Part shown: positions 1-9,502 of the stretch, piece after piece
Numbering within the stretch: the first letter of the stretch is position 1
How the letters are laid out: each line of letters opens with the position of its first letter
From: an uncultured Bacteroidota bacterium
GTDB taxonomy: Bacteria; Bacteroidota; Bacteroidia; Bacteroidales; DTGW01
Assembly: GCA_963701015.1 (NCBI GenBank)
Contig: OY969556.1
Coordinates: forward strand, 4,025,509-4,089,508
Reading direction: 5' to 3'
DNA length: 64,000 nucleotides
Position numbers and translations under genes: made by a program
The notes under the pieces: model-generated
Told to the model about the DNA's origin: nothing
Seen by the model: only the letters and a program-made list of their open reading frames with translations
Databases searched by the model: none

Positions 1-245
1 AATGTTATTGCATTTATTGTCGGAGGATATGATTCGGGATGTGCATATATAGATATAACAATGTTCATAATATATAGAATTATTTTTAATTGTTAAAAAT
101 AAAATTAATTACAAAATTTAAAAAAAATATTGGCAGCATATATAGATAAAAAAAATTTGTTTAGTTAATAAATTTAAATAAAATCTAAAATTATGGAATT
201 TGGTAAAAACAATCCAATGGCTTAAAATGAATTATATATATAGTA

Positions 246-1136
246 TCAGCATTCATTTAATGAACTTACGTAATTTATAAATTCTTTATCATTTTCGTCA
301 ATATATTTTTCGTAAAACCCATTACCACGGATTGATATTGGATGCTGAGGATGGATAATTACAGGTGAAACGGAAATAAATGCTGCCCAATAACTAAATG
401 AACTACCTGCAGAAGTAATTATTACCTTGCATTTACTCAATTTGCACAGGTCAACAATGTCTGAATCTGATTCGGTCAAACAACAATTACTAATTTTTAA
501 AATTTCTTCTAACTCAAATTTATGACCATCTGAAAAAATAATTACTTTTAAGTTTTTATTCGCTATTATTCTTAATTTTATAATAGTGTCAATAAAATAA
601 TTTAGAGGTGTACGTACTACTCCTACTTTTGAAAAATCTTCATTATCTCTTAATAGTCTGAAATCGCCCATGCGTATATGTACACCAATGCAATTCCCAT
701 TAAATATATTTATTTTAGCCAATAATAGAGGATTAATCATATTATAGAATTGTTTAATAATAGTATCACGAATTGGCCTTATGCCAGAAAAATAATCAGA
801 CCAATGGGGCATTTTATCGTAAACGATTAAGGAATTAGGTTTTAATTCATTTAACCCTATGTTAAATTGCTGCTTTTGTTTAAAAATTAATAATAGTAGT
901 AATTGTAAATAATTAATTATATATTTTGATTTAAAATAATTGTAATATATCCTTTTTGATTTTTCGCGACGAATATAGGGACCAATATGAAAATCAATCC
1001 AGCCATAACTATATAATTCCATTTCCCTTTCATTTGCAAATACCAAGGCATGAGCCCATACCAATAACTTATTTGCTAAACCAGCGTTAGGGAGTTTTGC
1101 TAAAATAATTGAGTTTTTATTATAAATACTAATCAT
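246..1136 (-). CDS. putative glycosyltransferase, GT11/fucosyltransferase-like fold
   Basis: 296-aa ORF. It has an HxRxGD-type motif (GVHIRMGDF) and a C-terminal SAGSSFSYWAAF, resembling the HIRRGDY and SNSSFSWWGAWL motifs of the clear GT11 at 13081-13959. Confidence 0.5.
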   Translation of the reverse strand: MISIYNKNSIILAKLPNAGLANKLLVWAHALVFANEREMELYSYGWIDFHIGPYIRREKSKRIYYNYFKSKYIINYLQLLLLLIFKQKQQFNIGLNELKPNSLIVYDKMPHWSDYFSGIRPIRDTIIKQFYNMINPLLLAKINIFNGNCIGVHIRMGDFRLLRDNEDFSKVGVVRTPLNYFIDTIIKLRIIANKNLKVIIFSDGHKFELEEILKISNCCLTESDSDIVDLCKLSKCKVIITSAGSSFSYWAAFISVSPVIIHPQHPISIRGNGFYEKYIDENDKEFINYVSSLNEC

Positions 1137-1171
1137 ATAATATTTGCATAAATAATTTGTAAAGTTTTAGC

Positions 1172-1909
1172 TTAATCTGCTTTTACAAATATGGCATCAC
1201 ACCATAGAATTCGGGTTAAATTATAATATGGATTATAAATATCCTCAAGATAAAACCCATTATTTTGTAAAAATTCTGTGATTTTATAAAACAAAGGTTG
1301 GTTCTCATATTGCTCTATAAAATATGCCTCAGTATATATAAGCTTTATTGCCCCTTTAGTTAGTAATTCTGTTGCTCCTCTCAATATACTTAACTCTGAA
1401 CCTTGAACATCTAATTTGAGAATATCAATTCGCTCTATTTTCTGCTGTTGGCAAAAATTGTCAAGTGTATTTACTTCAACATCAATTATTGACTTGTTTT
1501 TGCATTGAGCATCGGATGAGGCTCCTATGATAGTTGGCTTCAAAAGTGAATTTGTATCTGAACTTTCATTAACATAAAAACTCAATGAGCCTTGTTTTTC
1601 AGATAAAGCAATACGATTAAGTTGAATGTTTTTTTGGTATGAAAAACGAAAATCAAAAATATCGGCATTTTCAGGAAAAGGTTCGAAGGCAAAAATTTTT
1701 GAATTAGGAAATAATGAATTATACTTTTGAGTTATATCACCTCTATTTGATCCAACATCAAATATTGTAATATTTCCCTTTCCAATAATTGATTTTTGTG
1801 TATCGAATGCATCTTTCTTAAATTCGCCTTTTTGTAACTTCTTTAAGCTACCATTGCCTATTAATTGAAATCCAAATTTGGAAATACGACTATTTATTTT
1901 TTGAATCAT
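1172..1909 (-). CDS. FkbM-family SAM-dependent methyltransferase
   Basis: 245-aa ORF with FDVGSNRGD...IFAFEPFPEN, typical of the FkbM family. Its start overlaps the upstream ORF by 4 nt (operon coupling). Confidence 0.8.
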   Translation of the reverse strand: MIQKINSRISKFGFQLIGNGSLKKLQKGEFKKDAFDTQKSIIGKGNITIFDVGSNRGDITQKYNSLFPNSKIFAFEPFPENADIFDFRFSYQKNIQLNRIALSEKQGSLSFYVNESSDTNSLLKPTIIGASSDAQCKNKSIIDVEVNTLDNFCQQQKIERIDILKLDVQGSELSILRGATELLTKGAIKLIYTEAYFIEQYENQPLFYKITEFLQNNGFYLEDIYNPYYNLTRILWCDAIFVKAD

Positions 1910-2676
1910 AAATAATTTTTTAAGATTTCATACGCTTGAATTGCCCTTGCTTTATAACTATAATCAAAATTAATACTTTTGTTGTATGCCAAAACCCTCA
2001 ATTTATTGACGGCATCAGTAGAAAGGCTTAATAATTCTACAACTTTTTCTCTACATCCTTCAGTAGTATTATAAAGAAATATTTCTTTCCCATTTTCAAA
2101 AAACATTCTATGTTCAGGGGTATCAGGGGCCAATTGAATACCACCAACAGCCGGAATTTCAAATGTACGCATGTTATGTGATGCTAAATTGTGAATACGC
2201 ATAATGTTTAATTGCACCCTGTATTGCCGCATTACTTTGTAAAAATCGTTTCCATATATTGCCGGAAAAAGATTATTTTGCTTCGAAGAAACAAATTTCC
2301 CCCAATTATTACCATATATATCAAGTTTAATCCCTAATTTGTTAAGTTCTTTTATAAAACTGGCTCTGTCATTATCAGGGTTTCCCAAAAAACATGGTTT
2401 CACAATTTCTGGTACTTTCAAAATTTCATCAATGTTTATTTGGCTTAAATCATAACCAAAAGGTAAAAATTCAACAGGTTTATTTGTAAACTTAATTAAT
2501 TGCTTTTGTATTTCAAGGTTATAGGTAAAATGGATGTTGTATAACCCTATCGACTCGGTAACATTGCTGTTGCCGCTTCCCCTGCCCGTGAAAATAAATG
2601 GATTATCTGGATTATAATTGGCGAGTTTTATTCCCAATCGTTTTGCTTTTATAAGTGTTTCTGGCAGTACCTGCAT
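1906..2676 (-). CDS. CgeB-like glycosyltransferase (DUF3880 + Glyco_trans_1_2 type), apparently lacking its N-terminus
   Basis: 256-aa ORF with ...NYNPDNPF... and a C-terminal GT-B half. 78 further sense codons with family-like sequence (IYFDYL...KPEWIWVFKG) run upstream in the same frame to the TAG of the preceding gene, with no ATG/GTG/TTG among them. Confidence 0.6.
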   Translation of the reverse strand: MQVLPETLIKAKRLGIKLANYNPDNPFIFTGRGSGNSNVTESIGLYNIHFTYNLEIQKQLIKFTNKPVEFLPFGYDLSQINIDEILKVPEIVKPCFLGNPDNDRASFIKELNKLGIKLDIYGNNWGKFVSSKQNNLFPAIYGNDFYKVMRQYRVQLNIMRIHNLASHNMRTFEIPAVGGIQLAPDTPEHRMFFENGKEIFLYNTTEGCREKVVELLSLSTDAVNKLRVLAYNKSINFDYSYKARAIQAYEILKNYL

Positions 2677-2910
2677 GCCTTTAAAAACCCATATCCATTC
2701 AGGTTTATATTCTTCAATGGTTTGCCAAAGTACGTTATTTATTTTTTGATATATGTCACTAATACCTATACGATTCTTAACTTTGTTAAGAATTGATTGG
2801 TTTAAATAATCGAAATATATATTTTGTGCAGCAAATAATTTTATATCTGAATTTATTTTCTGAATATATTTAAAATAATATCGTTCAATGGACCAGTATA
2901 TAATCGGATC

Positions 2911-4086
2911 CTATAAATAAAATTCGCATTTTTCTAAAATTGTTGTTGTTAAAATATTTACAGTTTTCTGTATTGTCCAATCTGAAATTATTTTTAATGA
3001 GTTTTGTCCCATAATTTTCAATTTTTCTTTATTCAGTTCTTTTTCAATAATTTTATTAAATGCATTTTCATCATTAATATCAAATACATAACCATTATAA
3101 TTATTTTTAATTAAATCATTTGCGCAGCCAACCTTATTGCTTGCAATAATAGCTTTGCCACATGCCATAGCTTCATTAATAGTAAGCCCCCATGTTTCGC
3201 CGGGTCCTTTTGAAGGCAAGCACAATACATCACAAACGTAGTAAATACTGGGCATAACGGACTGGTTCTGAAAGCCTAAAAAATGCACATTTTTATTCTC
3301 TTTGGCCATTTGTTTTAGCTCTGTCTCTAATTTACCGCTGCCGGTAAATATTAAATGTAAGTTTTTGTTATTACTTTTGTTAAATACCTTTAATAAAAAA
3401 ATTGGATTTTTCTTGGGTTCTAATTTACCAACAAATAATATTACTATATCATTTTCAGATATGTCCAAATTTTTTGCTAACTTGTTTGATTCTTCAGTTC
3501 TATTCAATTGAAAGAACTTATTATCAACACAGTGGGGCGCCCAAATCAATTGTTTTTCCTTTAAACCATGCTTTAAATAGTATTTTTTATTTTCACTACC
3601 AACATAAAATGCATAATTTACATATCGGAATATAAACTTAAGTGAAATCCTACGGAAAATTGTTTTTATATTTTTCTTTTCGTCTAATAAATTTGAATCA
3701 CCTCTGAAGAAGATAGGTATTTTTCCTTTGAAACTTAATAAAACTCTTAAATGACTTATAAATGACCAACCATATATTAAAATAGCATTGGCTTCCCATG
3801 TTTCAATGTCCTTTAATAAACTTGGGTTGTTAATGCCCCAAAAATGATGTGTTCCTGGTTTCTTTGAAATATTCTTTTCAAAGGTATATTCATATCCTTC
3901 TAATAGAGGAATATCCCATTTTATTACTTTTCCAAAACCCGGATCAAATTTATTACTCAAACATTCTTCACCCCATGTATAAAAAACTTTTAATTGAATA
4001 GATGGATTATTTGCAATTTCCTTAAAGACTGGTGCATTATATTGAATAGGATGGCTGATTATTATTGCTAATTTCAAGTGGTTCAT
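2911..4086 (-). CDS. GT4-family (GT-B, group 1) glycosyltransferase
   Basis: 391-aa ORF with an EX7E-type C-terminal motif (GETWGLTINEAMACGKAIIAS). Confidence 0.8.
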   Translation of the reverse strand: MNHLKLAIIISHPIQYNAPVFKEIANNPSIQLKVFYTWGEECLSNKFDPGFGKVIKWDIPLLEGYEYTFEKNISKKPGTHHFWGINNPSLLKDIETWEANAILIYGWSFISHLRVLLSFKGKIPIFFRGDSNLLDEKKNIKTIFRRISLKFIFRYVNYAFYVGSENKKYYLKHGLKEKQLIWAPHCVDNKFFQLNRTEESNKLAKNLDISENDIVILFVGKLEPKKNPIFLLKVFNKSNNKNLHLIFTGSGKLETELKQMAKENKNVHFLGFQNQSVMPSIYYVCDVLCLPSKGPGETWGLTINEAMACGKAIIASNKVGCANDLIKNNYNGYVFDINDENAFNKIIEKELNKEKLKIMGQNSLKIISDWTIQKTVNILTTTILEKCEFYL

Positions 4087-4165
4087 TTAATTTATTTTTT
4101 GGTTTACTTTTTATATTGGGGTGCAAAATATTGAATAGGATGGCTTTGCAAGCTATATATTTTTT

Positions 4166-5110
4166 TCATCGTATATATTTCCTTATTTTTAAAGCATTTT
4201 CAAATCCTATAATTTTAGCAAATAGTTTAAAATTACGTCCCCCAACTGGTTCAATATTTTTAAAACCCAATTGTTTTATTCTTTCCTTGGCTTTTAAGCC
4301 CAATTCTGGATATTTATAATAAAAGCTATAGACAAAACCCGCATAATTTATCATCAGGGCATGTCGCACCCGCAATGAATCTTCAACCTGTAATATATGT
4401 TTTTCATATAATTTATAACTTAACAATCGCGATGCAACTTTATTCTTACTTAATTGCTGGCTTACACTCGCTTCAAGTCCCGATCGGTAATACACTTTTG
4501 CTTCAGGGCAAAACTTTATTCCCTTAACTTGCAAAAGTACCCTGCAAAAAAATTCCCCATCCTGATTAATAGCCAAGCTTTCATTCCATTTTCCGGCTTT
4601 TTCTATTAGGTTTTTATTTGTTAGCCAAACCGAAGTTTGTGCCATTCCTTTTCCCTCCCAACTAGCCAACAACCAATCCATGACATTAGCCCAGTCCTTA
4701 TCGAGAAATCGCTTTGGAAATTTTGCTTCCTCAGGTTTTATATAAAACCTGTCCCATTGGCATGAAACTATTATATCGTTACCGAATTTATCAAATAACT
4801 TTAATTGGTTTTCAATTTTGTTTGGGCTTAATAAATCATCGGCATCTAAATATTGTATATAATCCCCTTTCGAAAGTTCAAAAGCTTTATTCCTTGCAGC
4901 ACAAGCCCCTTTGTTTTCCTGATTGTAAACTTTTACTACATCCGATTCAAAACTTTTAGCAATTTCATAACTTTTATCGGTAGAGCCATCGTCCACTACA
5001 ACAATTTCCTTATTTGGCCAGGATTGGCCTAAAGCTGATTGCAAAGTTTCGGCAATATATTTTTCGGAATTGTAAAGTGGGATGAGTATGGAAACTAAGG
5101 GTTGTTGCAT
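4166..5110 (-). CDS. GT2-family glycosyltransferase
   Basis: 314-aa ORF with N-terminal SILIPLYNSEKYI...VVVDDGSTDKS and a DAD motif. Confidence 0.85.
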   Translation of the reverse strand: MQQPLVSILIPLYNSEKYIAETLQSALGQSWPNKEIVVVDDGSTDKSYEIAKSFESDVVKVYNQENKGACAARNKAFELSKGDYIQYLDADDLLSPNKIENQLKLFDKFGNDIIVSCQWDRFYIKPEEAKFPKRFLDKDWANVMDWLLASWEGKGMAQTSVWLTNKNLIEKAGKWNESLAINQDGEFFCRVLLQVKGIKFCPEAKVYYRSGLEASVSQQLSKNKVASRLLSYKLYEKHILQVEDSLRVRHALMINYAGFVYSFYYKYPELGLKAKERIKQLGFKNIEPVGGRNFKLFAKIIGFENALKIRKYIR

Positions 5111-5175
5111 GTGTTGAAGTTCTTGGAAAATTTAAAAATAAATTTGGGGCTTACTTAAACTAATTACTTAGCTTA

Positions 5176-5309
5176 ACTTTGACAGATTTACCTGCTTCAA
5201 AGATTTTCAGCTTTTATTACCCCAGCCCCTAAAGGGTGAAAGCTGAAAATCAGACTGTTCCCTTTAGGGATTAAGGGTAAAAACAGGAAGATTTTCTATC
5301 TGTCAAAGT
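5176..5309. mobile_element. MITE-like element, copy 1 (about 134 bp, perfect 12-bp terminal inverted repeats)
   Basis: ACTTTGACAGAT at 5176-5187 pairs with ATCTGTCAAAGT at 5298-5309. The interior holds two hairpin units and a GATTTTCAGCTTT/AAAGCTGAAAATC inverted repeat. A second copy, inverted relative to this one, lies at 49055-49188. Confidence 0.8.
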
Positions 5310-5399
5310 ACGATTAGTTTAAAAAGCTGTATTAAATTCAAGCAATTTCAAGTCATCTTTTAAAATTTAAAAATTAAGGCAGTTGTTCTATATTTTTAT

Positions 5400-5723
5400 T
5401 TAGCATAATGTAACCCCTTCCATTAAAGCGGTTTTAATTATTCCCCTGCAATCGTCTGGTTGCCCTATTAGTACATCTATTTTCTGATCTTCCAGTTTTT
5501 CTTTTAAATGTACCAGGTATCTGATTTTTTTCCTGTATAATAAAGTTGCTTCATCCGGTAAAGGGATAACCATAAGGTCAATGTCCCCTCCGCAGGCCTG
5601 GTCGTTAACACGTGAACCGAAAAGTATTACCCTGGCTTCTTTACCAAATTCATTCCAGGCCTCCTGTACAATTATTTCTTTTTCTTTAGCGCTAATTCGC
5701 ATAGGTTTTATAGTAAAAGTCAT
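5400..5723 (-). CDS. minimal nucleotidyltransferase (MNT-type, toxin-antitoxin-associated NTase fold)
   Basis: 107-aa ORF with the LFGSRVNDQACGGDIDLMV signature (GS...DxD). No adjacent HEPN partner ORF is visible. Confidence 0.7.
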   Translation of the reverse strand: MTFTIKPMRISAKEKEIIVQEAWNEFGKEARVILFGSRVNDQACGGDIDLMVIPLPDEATLLYRKKIRYLVHLKEKLEDQKIDVLIGQPDDCRGIIKTALMEGVTLC

Positions 5724-5915
5724 ATTTCAAACAAAGATAAAAAACATTCACTGAATTAATAAATTTACGTTTGCAATGTTTCTAATCTATAAATAACCCT
5801 TCGCAAACAAGTGTTTAAGTATGGAAACTAAGGGTTGTTGCATGTATTTAAAAAAAATTGTTCTTATACTGATTAATTGTCAAAAAGTATTAAAAATGTA
5901 CCAATTGAAAAACAT
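5563..5915. repeat. direct repeat DR-A, copy 1 (about 350 bp)
   Basis: Near-identical to 9342-9627, with weaker similarity continuing to about 9695. It covers the 5' 160 bp of the MNT gene, its upstream region and a copy of the GT2 gene start. Confidence 0.9.
5819..5845 (-). repeat. duplicated 5' end of the GT2 gene (copy 2 of 3)
   Basis: GTATGGAAACTAAGGGTTGTTGCATGT matches the true start region of the 4166-5110 gene at 5086-5112. A third copy lies at 9599-9627. Confidence 0.9.
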
Positions 5916-6990
5916 TGGGAAAAGTTAACACTTCCCCGCTATTGAGGGTCTATGTCTACAGGGCAAACGCATTAAAAACGACTGTATAGGGTTAATAAAT
6001 AGCATCTTATGGCATGTTTTACTTTTTTACCTCCCTGCCCTCCTTAAAAAGGAGGGTAAACTGAGTTGTGGACTGCGAATATGATCGCCCAGTTATAGCT
6101 CCTTTTAAAGTGGTTGGGGTTAATAAAAAACAAACAAATTTTAATGCGTTTGCCCTGGCTATGTTTATGCACATGTCTCTAAATCCCATATATTTCGCCC
6201 CAATGGGGCTATTAAAATTCATTTATATTATTCTTTAAACATATCATCACTAAGTGTTTTTTAATATTTTATTGGCTCCAGAGGGGTTAAATATTTATAG
6301 ATATAAACAATTATCCTGTTATTCTAGTCCCATGGGGACGAAATATTCAAGATGTGAGTATATCCATGTCTTGTAAAGGGGAGGAAACAAATTTATTTCT
6401 TTCTCCCTCTCCGTTTGGAGAGGGTTGGGGAGAGGTCAAATTCTTTTATTCCTCTTCTTTTTGGCTTGAACCAGTTGGAGGATTAAAGGAAAACGGTGGA
6501 CGGAAAAAGGATTGAAATAATGAGCGAGGGATGTCCACTTTTGAATTTATTCTCCTTCTTTTTGGCTTGAAACCCGAAGGGCTCAACGAAGTTAACCAAA
6601 AAGAAGCAAAACTTAGCGAAGCGTTCTCATGACCGAAGGGAGTAAAGTTCAAGTTTCAAGTTTCCCCTCCTTTTATAAGAACGGCAAAGCCCTCATGACC
6701 GAAGGGAATAACGGGTTGGGGTGGTTCTTAAGGCTCGCGGATGATCGGGCAATTTAACCTCACCCTTTCTCCCTCTCCAAAAGGAGAGGGAATAAAAATT
6801 TGAGTGCTGTCGTTCACGGTTGGTACGATCTGAAAGCCAATCAGCTCGTACAAAAGGGAACCCTCTACGCCAGCTGGGGCAGCTGGCAATGAGAATATCT
6901 AAAATTATTAGGCTCTGGCATACATGGATGGTGCGAGTTTGTTGGTCAGTCAAAGGTACTGACAACATGTTCGTGCCAGTTGGTTGCTAA
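5850..6990. repeat. GC-hairpin mosaic region (modular REP/BIME/BOX-like repeats)
   Basis: A dense series of short palindromic units shared with 20.1-28.6 kb, often in opposite orientation. Examples are CTCCCTCTCC..GGAGAGGGTTGGGGAGAGG and CTTAGCGAAGCGTTCTCATGACCGAAGGGAGT. ORFs here have nonsense-like low-complexity translations. Confidence 0.85.
5959..6157. repeat. 199-bp segment bounded by a perfect 19-bp inverted repeat
   Basis: CAGGGCAAACGCATTAAAA at 5959-5977 pairs with TTTTAATGCGTTTGCCCTG at 6139-6157. The 161-bp interior contains a CCCTCCTTAAAAAGGAGGG hairpin. Confidence 0.85.
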
Positions 6991-7098
6991 ACAGATGTGA
7001 AAATTATTTCTGAATCTTATTAATTTAATTTTTTTGGCTAAAACTAAGACACAGCCGACACATCCGTGCTAGAAAGTGTATTTGTCATCTATTATTTT

Positions 7099-8277
7099 TT
7101 ACTTTATTGATCCACCCCATATAACATTTTCGACATTGCGGGGTGGATGATTGCTTATTATTGTATAATTATTTAACCCGATGTTTTTGGATAATTTAAT
7201 TAATTGTTGCAAATCAGCAGGAGTAGCTGTTTCTTTTACCTCAAAAGCATGACTATTGTTTAAAACAAAATCAATTTCATGCCCGGTTTTCAAGGCATAA
7301 TAATTTAATATACCAAAATGATGCAACTGGTTGTAAATAGCATTTTCAAATAATACCCCACCCGAAACTTTTGCAAGTCGATTCAATATTCCATTGTCGC
7401 AAAAAAACACCTTTTTTGCCTTAACAATTTCACGGTCAGGGTTTTTTGACGTTACCGCAATACGTTGAATAATATAAGTTTTCTCAAACAATTCAATATA
7501 ATTTGTTACGGTTGGCTTAGACAAGCCTGTAAGAGCAGAAATTTTCGCAAAATCGAGTTTGGAAGCAGTACGAGAGGCCAACATGATTAATAAATTTCTT
7601 ATGTTGTTGGCATTCTTAAAATCAGAAAGCCACTTTATATCTATGTTAATGTACGAACTTATTAAATCTTCAAGAATATCTGTTTTTTGATTGATAGCAT
7701 CTGTTAGTACAACTTCGGGCATACCACCGAAATTTAAATATTCATTATAATATCCTTGTAGCCTTTCATAATCGTTTTGCTGAAATACCTGTTTGCTAAA
7801 GTTGAACGGAGTCCACGCAACTGATTTAAAAGTCAGGAATTCACCAAAGTCGAGTGGGTAAAGCTCAAATATTTTTTTCCTACCGGCTAATGATTCCGAA
7901 AAAAGGTTTTTTAAATAGTAAGAGCTCGAGCCTGTAATGATGAATTTAATACTATAATTGTCGTACAAATATTTTACAACGCTCGGCAGGTTTGGTAATA
8001 ATTGAGCCTCGTCAATTGCAATTGCCAATTGAGAGTCAAAATTTATGCCTCGCTGTTTTAGTGCCAATATTATGTTTTCGTAATTCGGGTCATTAAACAA
8101 ATTGCGGTTATCAAGTCGTTCTAAATCAAAATAAACACTGTTGTTTTGAAAATATTCGTCCAGCAATTTTTTTACCAGGGTAGTTTTACCAGTACGTCGT
8201 AAACCTGTAATTATGCTAACTTGTGGTTGTTTGGCATGTTCTACAAGCGCTGCATGTATTTTTCGTTCAAAAAACAT
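7099..8277 (-). CDS. AAA+ ATPase (AAA_14 + DUF4143 type)
   Basis: 392-aa ORF with Walker A (ITGLRRTGKTTL) and the architecture of the widespread DUF4143 ATP-binding proteins. Confidence 0.75.
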   Translation of the reverse strand: MFFERKIHAALVEHAKQPQVSIITGLRRTGKTTLVKKLLDEYFQNNSVYFDLERLDNRNLFNDPNYENIILALKQRGINFDSQLAIAIDEAQLLPNLPSVVKYLYDNYSIKFIITGSSSYYLKNLFSESLAGRKKIFELYPLDFGEFLTFKSVAWTPFNFSKQVFQQNDYERLQGYYNEYLNFGGMPEVVLTDAINQKTDILEDLISSYINIDIKWLSDFKNANNIRNLLIMLASRTASKLDFAKISALTGLSKPTVTNYIELFEKTYIIQRIAVTSKNPDREIVKAKKVFFCDNGILNRLAKVSGGVLFENAIYNQLHHFGILNYYALKTGHEIDFVLNNSHAFEVKETATPADLQQLIKLSKNIGLNNYTIISNHPPRNVENVIWGGSIK

Positions 8278-8517
8278 AGTCTGTAATTCTGTTTTTGATT
8301 TTCAAATTTACTAAAATAAAAATCATATTTTACTTTTAGTTGAATATTTAGTAAAATACAATATTACTTTTTTTGTAGCTATATATGTAGTATGGACAAC
8401 ATGTTGAGGTCAGGTTCCCTTTATTCCTTACCAATATTTTTGGCTTGCAAGCGATGCAAAATTTCAAGGGTGAAGTTATAAAATGCCTAGTAATTGTTGG
8501 CTTTAATTATAGCCAAT

Positions 8518-8598
8518 ATGTCCGCGCCAGCAAATGGATAATGAAGTTACAAACTTCAGGAATATATAGGCACTAGTTGCAGACTTGCGCCATACTGG
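8518..8598. repeat. about 82-bp direct repeat flanking the DUF4160/DUF2442 cassette (left copy)
   Basis: ATGTCCGCGCCAGCAAATGGATAATGAAGTTACAAACTTCAGGAATATATAGGCACTAGTTGCAGACTTGCGCCATACTGG is about 80% identical to 9224-9306. Confidence 0.8.
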
Positions 8599-8663
8599 CA
8601 TTTAACACTACAAATTGAGAAACCGAGGAAATTTATTTATCTTTGTATATAAAGATAGAGTTT

Positions 8664-8966
8664 ATGCCTAAATTGTATGAATATTTCGGATTGATTTTTC
8701 TATTTTACTCTCAAGAGCATGAACCGATTCATGTTCATGGGAAATATCAAGATAAGGAAAGTAAAGCTGAGATTATCTTTGAGAATGGGAAGTTTAAGGA
8801 AATTGTAATTAAAGATGTTCCAGGTAAAGCTCCATTAGATACACAAAATCTTAAAAAGTTCAAAAAAGTAATTGAATTGTACCGTGATGATATAGTTAGA
8901 AAATGGATTGACTTTTTTGTTTATAATATTGAGTTTCCATCTGAAAAAATAACAAAAAAAATATAA
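8664..8966 (+). CDS. DUF4160-family small protein
   Basis: The ORF has an EHEPIHVHGKY motif. The ATG at 8664 is preferred over the TTG at 8643. It sits 2 nt from the downstream DUF2442-like ORF. Confidence 0.65.
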   Translation: MPKLYEYFGLIFLFYSQEHEPIHVHGKYQDKESKAEIIFENGKFKEIVIKDVPGKAPLDTQNLKKFKKVIELYRDDIVRKWIDFFVYNIEFPSEKITKKI

Positions 8967-8968
8967 TT

Positions 8969-9211
8969 ATGGTCATATCGATTGATATAGCTGATTATGT
9001 AGGAGAATATAAAATTAAATTTTTATTCTCTGATGGAGTTGAGAAATTAATTGATTTCTCTGAGTTTTTAAAAGGAGCAAAGAATCCAATGACAAAAAAA
9101 TATCTTGATAAACAATTGTTCAAATCATATTCAATTAATTATGGAGATATAATTTGGAATGATTATGAAATGTGTTTCCCAATTTGGGATTTACATGAAG
9201 GGAAAATATAA
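8969..9211 (+). CDS. DUF2442-family small protein
   Basis: 80-aa ORF tightly coupled to the DUF4160 ORF. The same two-gene arrangement recurs at 25427-25877. Confidence 0.6.
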   Translation: MVISIDIADYVGEYKIKFLFSDGVEKLIDFSEFLKGAKNPMTKKYLDKQLFKSYSINYGDIIWNDYEMCFPIWDLHEGKI

Positions 9212-9223
9212 ACGCCGGCTAAA

Positions 9224-9306
9224 ATGTCCACGCAAGTAAAGGGATAATATTAAGTTATAAACTTCAAGAATATATAGGCACTAGTCGCAGATTTGTGCCA
9301 CACTAG
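9224..9306. repeat. about 82-bp direct repeat flanking the DUF4160/DUF2442 cassette (right copy)
   Basis: See 8518-8598. It contains a GGCAC...GTGCC stem. Confidence 0.8.
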
Positions 9307-9334
9307 TTATAAAAAGCGTAGTTGCAAACTACGC

Positions 9335-9502
9335 TTAGCTTGGGATAACCATAAGGTCAATGTCCCCTCCGCGGGCCTGGTCGTTAACACGTGAACCGAA
9401 AAGTATTACCCTGGCTTCTTTACCAAATTCATTCCAGGCCTCCTGTACAATTATTTCTTTTTCTTTAGCGCTAATTCGCATAGGTTTTATAGTAAAAGGC
9501 AT
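9335..9502 (-). pseudogene. truncated duplicate of the MNT nucleotidyltransferase gene (first about 54 codons)
   Basis: Encodes MPFTIKPMRISAKEKEIIVQEAWNEFGKEARVILFGSRVNDQARGGDIDLMVIPS*. It is near-identical to the 5' part of 5400-5723, and homology stops at 9342. Confidence 0.85.

Noticed and set aside
6019-6968. ORFs in the hairpin mosaics (6019-6222, 6446-6652, 6693-6968). The same applies to 20304-20802, 24875-25500, 26352-26579 and 11410-11785.
   Set aside because: They are composed of repeat modules that occur elsewhere in both orientations. They have no protein-like composition or recognisable domains.
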